A stretch of 36,935 nt of DNA, taken from NCBI GenBank assembly GCA_002256025.1, contig NKIB01015260.1, forward strand, positions 1-36,935, given 5' to 3'. Made by a program: the position numbers and the translations under genes. Positions 1-11,100 of the stretch are shown here, piece by piece (the stretch's first letter is position 1; each line of letters starts with the position of its first letter). Below the pieces are notes generated by a model. That model saw only the letters and a list, made by a program, of their open reading frames with translations, was not told the origin of the DNA and did not search any database. Source of the DNA: Asterionella formosa (taxonomy: Eukaryota).

Positions 1-603
1 TGATGCTGCCCTGCAAAAGTGTAAAACGTAAAGTAATAAGAAAATAATTTTTGTAGTATTAACGGAGTAAAAATAAACACGGTTTGGGGGGAAAATATAT
101 ACATGTACAGATAGAAAAATATGCACTGTAAGCCACCGCTATGCAATAATCTTAGTGACTTTGGAAAAATTATTTCTTCATGGCTAGATACACTGAATCA
201 AAACTGATTCCTTAATAGTATAGCAGAGAGCATTGTCTAACATAAGCTTTGTACTTGCGTCAAGTTTTGATCGTTGAATTACATAAATATTTTTAGTCGA
301 AAGAAAGAGTAAAATAGCGTTTAAGTGGTAGTGTAAATATGACATATATGTACATACATATCAGGTAGTCCTACCTGGCTACCAGTGCAACATGCAACGT
401 ACGAATGGATGTACCGGTATCTTATGATTGCTTTGGTCCGTCTGACGTATGTGCACTACCGGTATGGCTGATATATACCGAGTACCGGTAAGCAAATGCA
501 AGAAAAAATTAAATGTTTATCGGCACGATTCAATACATCAATACACAGCATCCCCAAAGCTTTTGCTTCGTTCCATTGTTTGTTCTTGTTGTAGCCTTTC
601 GCG

Positions 604-3151
604 ATGGATCCCCCAGAGCCTGAAGGATACGATCATGAGGAAGCAGTCGATAATGGCGATCCAGAGGCTGGTGAGACCCCTCGTAGTGGCAATCGATCCT
701 TGCCTCTTCCTGACGTGATGAGCATTTGCATCCTAATTTGTGGTACACACGGAGATGTGCTTCCTTTTGTTGGACTCGCTCATACTCTTCAAAACAGGGG
801 GCACCGCGTGCGAATTGCGACGCACGAATCTCATCGAAGACTAGTCATGAGTGAACATTTAGAGTTTTATCCTCTGGCGGGAGATCCAAAGATACTGTCA
901 CAATGGATGGTAAGTGTTACGCCCGCCAAATAAGTCGTATACTGTGAGTTCAGCGACGATTCGTGTTCACTCTTTCTCCACAACAGGTCCAAACCGGCGG
1001 CTCCATAATGGGTGAAGCTATGAATCCACAGTTGTTGCCCCAAAAAACGAAAATGGTAAAAGAAATTTTGAGAAGCTGCTGGCCAGCAGTCACAGAAATC
1101 GACCCATTAGATCCTGATGCGAAGCCATTTATCGCTGACGCAATCATATCAAACCCTCCGACCATGGGACATATTCATGTAGCGGAGGCTTTAGGTATTC
1201 CACTTCACATCATGTTTCCTCAGCCATGGTTTTACAGGACAGTTGCGTTCCCCCACCCAATGTGAGTAATCACTGTGGTTGCGGAAATCCGCGCCTAGTC
1301 GTAATGACAGGTACCGGTCCTTTTTTCTAACATTTAAATACTGCCCCTTGAATTGAACAGGGCTGGTTTGAGCTTTGTTAAGGAGCGAAAGAGGAATGTT
1401 CAAAGCTATGCTGTCTTTGAAGCCTTGGCTTGGGCAACCTTTGGGCGGACTATCAACTCATGGCGGCATAAAGCACTTCATTTACCGCATGTTTTTCTTG
1501 TCAATGGCGTAAGTAATGCAATCGTCAACAGTCATATCCCTTTTTCGGCCATGTGGTCTCCACATTTTGTCCCAAAGCCAAATGATTGGCCGAAACAATG
1601 CCGAGTGGTTGGAACTTTCTTTTCGCCCAGAACAAAAGTTCAGATAGACAAAAATCTGTTTGCTGAAGCCATCGCGTGGTTAGAGAATGGACCCAAGCCA
1701 GTTTTCATAGGCTTTGGAAGTATGGTCATTAAGGACACTACCAAGCTAGCTACTGTCATTAGTGAAGCAGCAAACCAATCTGGATGTCGAGTTATCGTGC
1801 AATCCAGTTGGTCCAAGCTTGAAGTTTCTGGTGAATCTAACTGCTTTAGCATCGGACCCTGTCCCCATGATTGGCTTTTGCCGCTATGCTCTGCCGTGGT
1901 CCATCATGGTGGCGCAGGTACGACAGCAGCTGGACTACGATTTGGTTTGCCAACTCTCGTTTGTCCCTTTTTTGCTGATCAGTTCATGTGGGCAGAGATG
2001 GTGCATCGAGCTGGAGTCGGCCCATCGCCATGCCCAGTCAATAAATTGACGACTCAAATCTTGGCGCAGAAACTGAAGGAACTGAAGAATCCTGAAATCC
2101 AAGCCAAGGCGCAAGCCCTGTCTCAGGAAATGGACCCCGAAGATGGAATCCATCGCGGCCTGATACATTTCCTGAATGATCTCCCAAAAGAAAACATGCT
2201 TTGCGATGTAAGCTTGCTCATGGGGGAACACAAAATGGCAAGGTACACCCTAAAGCGGAGCCGGGTCAAAGTTTGTATGGAAATTGCCGCCCTGTTGCGA
2301 GCAGAGCTCGAAGCTGATTTGAGTATTCGTGATATAGCAGGAAGTTTTCGTCGTGCTGTTTCGGTTGCGGGGAAGTCACTGAAATACCAAATGGTGCGGC
2401 ACTCGGTCACCACGTACGCATTGGGAAAAGTGCTTACTATCTCCGCTGGATGCCGAACTGGATGGGTGGCCCTCATTTTATACGTATACGCTCCCCGTTT
2501 CAAGTATACTTCAAATCAGACAGGTGCGCTCGCCATCACGGAGCCTTAGGTTGTCTACTGGGGTTAATGATGTCACCTTTCTTTGTCTTTTGGCTTGTCT
2601 TCCGATCTCTCCATATTTGTATTGACAGAATCTTGACTGGATGCGTGAATGGCTGTTACGGCACATCCAAGCTTCATGTTTGCGACCCGCTTCAACAAAG
2701 TTTTGTTCCCGAGACAAACGGCCTCTGGAAACAGTTGAAGGCCGTTCCAAAATGTACCCCTGGGAGATCCCGTGAACTTCTTGCCTTTCTAGATATTGCG
2801 ATTGCTGCAAGAGCTATTTTTCTCCATGCGGGCCCTGGCTTTCCTGAGGATCACGGCCATTACAAAATTGCAAAACTGCAGAAGTTGCTAGAATCTCTAC
2901 GGCGAAACATTTTTGATTTGAAGCTTACAGAACAAGAAGAAAGTTTACTTTTCGGTTACATGGGAGATTTCCCACCAGATGCTGGAATCAGCTTCTCCCG
3001 TTTCATCTTTCTTATCCATCAGGCGTCTCGAGAAACATCTGTGCGGCGTGTTGAAAGAAAGGGTTTTGATCGAGACCAGATGACGAGACCTCCATCATTT
3101 GCTGCCGTATACCTGAGTGACGACCAAGGGGCCTTAAAACATCACGATTGA
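604..3151 (+). CDS. Sterol 3-beta-glucosyltransferase (GT1, UGT80/ATG26-like) with C-terminal hydrophobic extension; spliced, one apparent frameshift near 2485
   Basis: Exons 604-909, 987-1261, 1361-3151. Introns 910-986 (GTAAGT..CAG) and 1262-1360 (GTGAGT..CAG) join in frame. Motifs: [30 protein letters not shown] (Glyco_transf_28-like), [62 protein letters not shown] (UDP-sugar-binding box). The frame switches from ORF 1353-2549 to ORF 2450-3151 near 2480-2490. Confidence 0.9.
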
Positions 3152-3688
3152 TCGTTTGTTACTTTTGAACATTTTAGTTACAGATGGTATTTGCTTCACC
3201 TGTAATTCAATTGTTTAGAATATGCCCTTACTTGCTGTATATGATGTCACAATCCGATGAAAGAATTCTGCCCTATTTCATGTTTCTAGCTATGGAAGGG
3301 AATACTAGTTCATTCCATATTTGGCCATAGAACTACTGGTACCAGGTAGTCTACGAGGACGAACTGACTAGCGAAAGCGACCAACAAAACGCCGACGGAA
3401 CAAGCAGGTGCGGGAACTGTGCCGGAATTGAACTACGTTCCTCTCTTATGTGATCCTACTCATGAGATTTAGCATTAGTTATTGTGCAAGTCTAATTGCC
3501 GAAAGGCATTAAATTACAAAAAGGATTTGATGTCATCGCGAAGGGTATTGGTCGGGAACCAAAGGCCCTCTTGGTTGCAATTCATCCATGTAGCATTCTC
3601 GGTCAGAAAAACCCCTTGGACTTTCATGCGTTCTTACACAAGAGCGAAATACCTTCAATGACTGCAGCCACCGTCAATTATTACAAGA

Positions 3689-5822
3689 CTAGTTCGGTGT
3701 CAGAAGACAAACCTTTCCTTGGCAGTTGTTGGATACAGTATATCCATGATTTATCATTAATTGAAGAACGTCGTGGAAGTCATTCATCCAAAGCTGGTTA
3801 TCAAATCTGTCTGCTCGACACAAGAAAAAAGGTGAGCATTCCTCCGAGACATCCGATACTTAATTCCAAACGAATGACTTACATTGAACTGCAAAATGTA
3901 TCGCAAAGTCGTTGTGTGGGCATCGTCCCTGTCGTCTGAAGTTACAACTCACAACACCATCTTTATCCATATTGCCAGGATTCAAATCACGGACTAAAGC
4001 GATGTCTGCCTGCAACATAACAATTTTTATTCCGCCCGGTCTTCCTGAAAAGATATGCTTGTCAGGAAAACCATTCCCTTTAAGACTATTCATCTCCACA
4101 GTTTGCTGCCAATTCGGAGCGTCATTGATGTTAGTGTCGAGGGAGTCGTTGATACTGAAGCCTCCAATCAGTTCCTTGTAATATTCTGAAAGACCATGAG
4201 TTACCATTGAAGAAAAAGTCAAAACACATCCAACTTAGCTACATACCATTGTTGAAGATGTTGTTATTACGCAACCATCCATGGCCCTGAACTCCAACGT
4301 CTTCCGCTCTGAGTTCCCCAATGGTGTGTGCACCCATAAGTGCAACTCCTTGCTTCACGCTAAATCCAAATTCTTTGTTGAAGAAATCGAAAAGATCTCG
4401 GGAGTTTGTAACCATCCCTGGGATGACTCTATGAGGTCCACGAGTCGCACTGCATTCTTGTTGCACTCCGGCTTCGTTGAGACAGACGGAGTTGGCGTCT
4501 TCACAGTTGATGCGTCCGACGGTATCCATATTCATGAATACGCGAACGTCTGTCTGCAAAACATCTGCTCCAACAGTAGCTGCCAACGCCCATAGATCGG
4601 CGCGCGTCACTCCGTCCCTTCCTTCATAAGCTTGAACGATTGATCTCATTGCGTTAATTGGAACTTGCAATCCACCATTTTCAGGATTCGTTAGATCTAT
4701 GCATCCGTCAAATCCTCCGATACTGTCATGAAATCCCATGCGAAGAAACTTGGCGGCTAGCTTTTGATTGCCGCCAGGGCCCATAATTAACTTGACAATG
4801 TCCTTTCTAGCGGCAGCGATTGTTGCTTGTGTGCCACTTCCGAATCCATTAGCATTGCCGCCACCAGAAGTGCCCTGTACAATGGAGAATGGTGAACTCA
4901 CCGCAACTGGGATAAACCCACCATTGCTATTCTTTGTGTTGGCCCGAAGGGAATACGCAACCCAAGTGGTCGCACCGGACAAGGGCCAGGAACTTGCAGT
5001 CCAGCCGCTGCTCGAACCAAAGACGAGATTATTTGACGATGGCTGTGGATGAAAAAAGGAACGGAGCGGGACAAAGGTTAGAATCCCTTCTTAACCAGTC
5101 TGCTGCTTTGTCGAACACATACTGAGCTGACTTTGTATACGTACCGATGTTGAGCAGACTTGGTCTCCACATGTCCACAACCATAAGGTGGCTTCAAACA
5201 AGAAATTGCTATCGGTAGAAGCGGGATAAATTCCGATCCAATCTTGAGCTGCAGGGGTTGCAGTATTGAAAGCAACTTGAATCGACTCGCCGACACTGTA
5301 GGATGACTTGTCAGTAACTATTGAGCCAGACGGAACTGTCCTGTCAACTGGAGGGTTAGTAGGAGCTGGGATGTTCACTGGAGCGTTTGTTGGAGTTGGG
5401 ATATTGCCACCTCCGCCGCAGGTGGCGCTGACCACAAATGAATGCGATACAGCTTTGGCAGTGTAAGGCGGCGTCGCCGCGTTATCCACCAGAGCAACTA
5501 TCCATGTTCCCTCCGGTAAAACAGCTTTATACGATATCGTGGCACTTGGGATCCCGTTCGACGTAGTACACTTTCGGGAGCCGCAAGTCCAAAGCCATTC
5601 GATTCCTGAAGGATTCGGAAGCGAATCCAAAGCTGTGGCGGGAGAATAGAAAGCGACGAAATCGTCGACCATGGGACTGTCGTCCTGAAACGTTATATCG
5701 ATGTTTTGACCGATAGCAAAGCAATCGCTATTGACAGTAATCGAGCTAGCGCTCGCACAAGCAGCGAACGACGCACAGAAAAATAGCAACCGCAAACGGG
5801 TGATGTTCAATGTTGGTGCCAT
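3689..5822 (-). CDS. Secreted heme peroxidase (peroxidase-catalase superfamily) with two N-terminal Ig/FN3-like modules; paralog 1, 632 aa
   Basis: Exons 5822-5145, 5042-4247, 4185-3883, 3810-3689 (1899 nt, in frame, TAG stop). Introns of 102, 61 and 72 nt, all GT..AG. Signal-like N-terminus LLFFCASFAACASA; distal KFLRMGFHD; PENGGL; proximal MGAHTIG; MLQADIAL. Confidence 0.9.
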
Positions 5823-6304
5823 GGCAAATTTTGGTTTTCAGATGGAGGGTAATGAAAAATAATGCGTGATCGTTCTTGTTTTATTTTGTTTGAATGGGAC
5901 TTGTGGCACTCCACTTGTTGCACATGTATCAGCCATAGTACGAACAACAGCGAGAAAATACAGTCATATATCTAGAAACCAAAGAAGGCGAAAATGAGAA
6001 CCAAATCTCGTTGTGACTATCTAATCAGACAAGACTAATCAAAAAGACTTTAAAAGACTCAAACTTCAACGGTCCTGCATACACTTCATTTGGACCTACG
6101 CAACAATGCATGGAGTAAATTCAAAAATAACGGCTGATCGGTGATTACAAGCGTGCTGAGTCAAAATAATCATGACCAAACGACTCAGAAAATACGAAAG
6201 CTGCACTGTGCAAGTGGATGTCGTAGTGGTTTTACACGATTAGAATGTTCAGCGAGGTCTTTACCGGTGGGTCGATGTATGAAATATTCGCTTTTTAGGA
6301 TCCC

Positions 6305-7056
6305 AACTACGGGTACCCTGGTACCAGTACCGGCAACGTCATTCCAGGTCCCGCTTTCTTTTTATCAGACATGGGATTGTACCCTTGTACCTGGTAATTG
6401 CAACGTGGTACTCCACTCAAGGGAAAAGAGACCTACATGACAGCATTCTTCCGTTGCTACCGGTAGATGGATTCCATGCCCATTCCTCGGCCAACGTGTT
6501 ATTAAGGCGGAGGCAAAGAATGATTCAACAATCCTGTATTCTAATATATCGGTAGCAAACAACATATTTTATGTATGGATACATAACCGTTTTTGTTTTA
6601 TCCAAGTTTTATGAACCAGTACCGTTAACCTACCGTTATGTCGGAAAACGGAGAAAAAGAAATATCCACAGAATACAAGGTAGTAGTACCCTGGTACTGG
6701 TACCAGGTACCGTAGATACACAAGCGTCACAGGTATTATCATCATTTAAAAATTTGTTCTTTTCACCTACGCTAACAAATTATCGGTCCCAGGTACCGGT
6801 ACCTACCGGTACTACAATGAATGAATATACCGGTAGGTACCTGGTACCAGGTACCTGGTACCTGCACTGCCTTGCCTAGAAAACGATGAGGACGAATACA
6901 TTCAAATAAATACTGGCATATTATTATAAAGAGTACTTTATTCATCTACAGCTATGGACCGGTATCCAAGCTCATAAAGGTACGTACGGTAGTCGGAGTG
7001 GTGGAGTGACTCAGCATGGACCAAGAATCAATCGACGAGTACAGGTACCTGGTACT
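6305..7056. repeat. GTAC-rich palindromic cluster (TA-CCGG-TA / TA-CCWGG-TA concatemers)
   Basis: TACCGGTA at 6458, 6794, 6804, 6828; TACCTGGTACCAGGTACCTGGTA at 6838-6860; TACCAGGTA at 6701; TACCTGGTA at 6388 and 7046. Confidence 0.85.
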
Positions 7057-7159
7057 AGCTTTTCAAAAATGCAAATTGAAGAACGCTCCAATAAAGAACT
7101 GTGCGAGTGCACCTCCGACGTCTCGTATTGTAATAAGTCTGTAAGATGAAATGATTTTC

Positions 7160-9392
7160 TCAGATTGGACTGAGGACGCAAATGCTTCCGTCACAGTTGG
7201 ATGTTTTGGTATATCCTCTTCTCAGCATACGAGTTAGAACGTCACGGAAATCATTCAACCACAGCAGATTATCAAAAGTGTCTGATGGAACAGAGGCGAT
7301 CAGACGAGGTGAGTATGGTGCAGGATGCAAGATTCGACAGCCGAAATGGAGACAACTTCTGCCGCATGTACTTACAATCAATGGCAAATTGGATGGATAA
7401 ATTGTTAGCAGGACAGGCTCCACTCTTTCTGAATTTGCAACTGACTTTTCCATTTTGATCCATATTACTGGAGTCCAATAGACGAACCAAAGCGATGTCA
7501 ACGTTTAGCATAACAATCTTTATTCCGTTTGGAAATCCCACCCAGATATTACGATCAGGAATACCATTTGGATTGTTAAGCTCAACACCTCTCTGCCAGC
7601 CAGGAGCTTGGTTAACATGAATGTCCAGAGATTGGCTTGCACTGGTCCCGCCGATCAATTCGGCGTAGTACCCTAAATGAGAAGAACTAGAATGAGGTCA
7701 CATTGCGAATGGCCACAACGACACAACGAAACAAGAAACCAAGCGTACCATTGTCAAAAACATTATTTTTAAGCAGCCACCCGTTAGGTGCATCCACTCC
7801 ACTGTTTTCCTTCCTGAGGCGTCCAATGGTGTGCGCGCCCATAATTGCAACAGTTTCCTTAATGCTAAACCCGAATTCTTTGTCGAAGAAGCTGAAAAGA
7901 TCACGGGAAGGAGTATTCATTCCTGGGAGATGTCTATCAGGTCCAAGAGTTTCACTGCAAGCCTGCTGAGCTCCAGCAGCGTTGCGGCAGATTGTGTTAG
8001 CGTCTTCGCAGTTGACTCGTCCAACAGAATCCAAGTTAAAATCAATGCGTTGGCTTGGTTGCATCACATCAACTCCCACAACTGCTGCCAGTGCCCATAC
8101 ATCTGCACGAGTGAAACCTTTTTTAGCATGCTTAGACACAACAGGTCGTAATGCTTCAATAGGAACGAGCAATCCGAAGTTGTCTGGGTTGGTCAAATCT
8201 ACACATCCGTCACAACCACCGACGCAATCATGAAACATGAGACGAAGAAATTTTGCTGCAAGTTTTTTATCACCACCTTGACCTATGATGATATCTTCGA
8301 GATCTAATCTGGCAGCGCTGACTGCGGCAGATATGGTACCTCCGCCACTTGACCTGCTTGATTTAACACTGAAGGTCTCAGTTTTTGCTATGGGGACAAA
8401 CCCACCATTTCCATTCCTCACATTGTTCCTTAAGAGGTACGCTTGCCACGAGCCAGCCGCTAATGGCCATTCACTTCCTGTCCAGCTAGTACCGGAACGG
8501 ATGATGACTGTGCCTGATGAAGGCTGTTATATTTTTAAAAGAGAATGTGATGGTCAGAATAGTCCGTTAGGAATATATAAATTGAGTGAATGTGACTCAC
8601 CGATGAGCCGCAAGTTTGCGATCCACATGACCAAACCCACAAAGCACCCTGTTGCAAATTGTTGATGCTGATAGATGAAGGATATACTCCAATCCAATCT
8701 CCCTGTGTAGGGCTTCCATTTTTGAAAGTGATTTCAATCTGCTCGCCAACTGTGTAGGAACTTTTGTTTGTCGTTGCGAAAGTAGACGATTTCGTCGGAG
8801 CTCGGGTGGGAGCCTTTACCGGGGCTCGTGTGGAGGGCCTTGCAGTAGGCGCTCGTGTGGAAGGCCTTGCAGTAGGTGCTCGTGTGGAAGACCTTGCTGT
8901 AGGCGCTCTGGTAGGAGACCTGACTGGAGTACGGGTTGGGGACCTGACAGGAGTCCCTGTAGGGACTATAACAGGGGTGGTGGAAGGACTACCACAAGTC
9001 CAACGAACCTCAAAAGTCGACGACTGAGCCAAAGCAGTGTATGGTGCTCCATCTGATTCGTCGTGAACGAGAACCATTTTCCATGATCCGATCTGCAATT
9101 TGTCTCGATACGTTATGGTGCCAAAACTTATGGCAGAAGAACTTGTGCAGTTGCGACTTCCACAAGTCCTGAGCCAATTATTGTCAGACGGAGACGGCAA
9201 CGCACTAGGAACACTGGGATGATAAATGCCTATCCAGTCAAGGGGCTGAGGATTGTTACCCTGAAACATGATAGAAATGTCTTCGTTAATGGTGAAACAG
9301 CTTTTTTTAACTCGAATCGAGTCTGCTTTGGCAGTTACAAAGCATACGCAAAGGGAAATCATAAGGTGAGAGATCCTATTTGACGAAACCAT
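7160..9392 (-). CDS. Secreted heme peroxidase with two Ig/FN3-like modules and a long Pro/Thr/Arg linker; paralog 2, 661 aa
   Basis: Exons 9392-8601, 8523-7749, 7672-7376, 7281-7160 (1986 nt, in frame, TGA stop). Introns of 77, 76 and 94 nt at the same positions as in paralog 1. Motifs KFLRLMFHDCVGGCDGC, PDNFGL, MGAHTIG, GWLLKNNVFDNGYY, MLNVDIAL. Confidence 0.92.
8793..8968 (-). repeat. Coding tandem repeat in the paralog 2 linker (27-nt STRAPTARP and 24-nt PTRTPVRS-type units)
   Basis: Repeated gctcgtgtgga(g/a)g(g/a)ccttgc(a/t)gtagg units; translation PTGTPVRSPTRTPVRSPTRAPTARSSTRAPTARPSTRAPTARPSTRAPVKAPTRAPT. Confidence 0.9.
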
Positions 9393-9649
9393 GCTGGGAG
9401 TTTCTTCGCAAAAGGGGTTTCGATTTTTTGCTCCAGTTATTGATTATGCAACTATCAGCGGGGATTGGTTCCTTAAAAAGTGACCTACAGCAAAAATGCA
9501 GCATTGACACAGTGGGAAGTGATTCTACTGGCTATATCGATTAATATCCTCGCCGAACTGAAAAGCGACCATCAGTGGACTCCTACATAGGAGAAAAACA
9601 AGACTAAAACATGCAACAGAGCAGGCACGCACATGGCTGTGAATTTCGG

Positions 9650-10290
9650 TATGTACCGGTTTCACTGTAGCAAAAAAACGTGTGTATATCTAAGTAATTC
9701 AAAAGTAACGGCATACCGGTTTTAGAGATGCCATGCATATGATAACAACAAATGTACCGGTTTGATAATCGGAGCATCAAGTCCTGCAAGTACCGCTAAC
9801 ACAGTGTTCAACATAGTCCAAGTCATCCGTATTCACTCGGAGTCGGGCACCAGGTGTACTTGGTACCTGGTACGAAGTGGTGTGTGCACAATTTCAATTT
9901 GTTGCTTAATTGCCTTGATTCGTGCTGTTCGTCGTGCAACGCCTGCCAGGATGGAATATCAGTATCATACCGGTATATGGTTGGTACCCGGTACGAATGT
10001 TGAAACTTCAACCAGCCGTTTCTTTTCTTGGGACTGGTACAGTACCTGGTACTCCGGAGTACGGTACCCTGGTAACGCGTACCTGGGTACCGGTATTTCA
10101 GCAGGTACAGTACCGGTACTGGTACAAACCTCCGAGTACGTGGAGTACAAGCAACCTGGTCCTAGTACCTGGTACTAACCCTGGAACATACAGTCGTGCC
10201 AAATATTCCATCTAGAATCTCTTGAATCTTCGTGGTCAGTCTACCGTTGTGCACTAGGATACCAACCATGTATCAGGTATCAGGTACCAT
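9650..10290. repeat. GTAC-rich palindromic cluster upstream of peroxidase paralog 2
   Basis: TACCGGTA at 9968, 10088, 10111; TACCTGGTA at 9864, 10043, 10166; TACTCCGGAGTA at 10050; TACCCGGTA at 9986. Confidence 0.85.
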
Positions 10291-10542
10291 CATTTTCCCG
10301 AACCGGAATACAGATAAAAGCGAGGAAGGAATCATAATTCAACTGGAAGGTCGTTAATCAGCGAACAAAGCGCACAGGTTGCTCCGTTTTCTGGTCATCG
10401 ATTCGCATGCGAAAAAAGGCAGGTACTGCCCCTGAAATTGTCGAACCCCTAAATTTTACGCCACTCCGATATTCTTTGAATTATTGTTTGTATAAACGTT
10501 AAGCCGTTAGTCATTTTAGTGTCAAATTGAACTTCAAGTCAT

Positions 10543-11100
10543 AAGTCAGTAAGCTGAAGTTATGTAGCAGTCAGCGATTTCATGAGTCGATAGTCAGGAA
10601 ATGAAGTCATCAGTCAGCGAGCGATTTTTTCAAAATTTCTGTGAATCAAGTCAGCAGTCAGCGAAACGAAGTCCACAGTCGGTAGGTAGTTAGCGACTTG
10701 AAGGCAGCATTTTTAAGATACAAATTACATACTGATAGCAAAGTAAAGAAGTAGCAATGACTATTTTCAGTCATCGATGAATATTTATAATAGTTTTTTA
10801 TTACCGGTATATACCTCTGTGTTACTCCCAATAATATGTATGTCATATGCATTGCTTCAGTATCCCACAACGAAAAGATGCATTTCCATTGAACACGATT
10901 CGTACATTGGTAGTTGGTTTCTTACTACCCAGTAGGTTTTTTGAAGTCAGCAAGTTGAAGTTAGCAGTCACTGATTTCATGTCACTAGTCAGCAAAAAAA
11001 GTCAAAAGTTGTGAATATTTCAAATTTTCAGCAAATCAAGTCAGCAGTCAGCAAAATGAAGTCTGCAGTCAGCAAGTTAAAGTTGGTAGTCCTCGGCGAT
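10543..11100. repeat. AGTCAGC-motif array in two imperfect ~155-bp direct copies, probably transposon subterminal repeats
   Basis: 10543-10697 and 10944-11100 share e.g. aatcaagtcagcagtcagc(g/a)aaa(c/t)gaagtc and gatttcatg. A related motif recurs at ~34488-34582. Confidence 0.7.

Noticed and set aside
1..335. Possible DNA transposon end (..TTTAAGTGGTAGTG|TA)
   Set aside because: The partner terminus is not visible in the window, so it cannot be supported.
2481..2486. TACGTA at the glucosyltransferase frameshift as a TA-CG-TA footprint causing the lesion
   Set aside because: Removing 4 nt, or the 6-nt TATACG duplicate, does not restore the downstream frame; +1, -2 or -5 is needed.
3405..3445. 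GTTCAATTCC on the minus strand resembling a tRNA T-loop / B-box
   Set aside because: The flanks do not form a T-stem, acceptor stem or cloverleaf.
6141..6879. ORFs rich in VPGT/YRY peptides (also 9762-10215)
   Set aside because: They are translations of GTAC-rich palindromic simple sequence with no domain features.
10543..11100. Short repeats with intervening sequence as a CRISPR array (also 16670-16841)
   Set aside because: Repeats are degenerate and irregularly spaced, there are no cas genes, and the context is eukaryotic.
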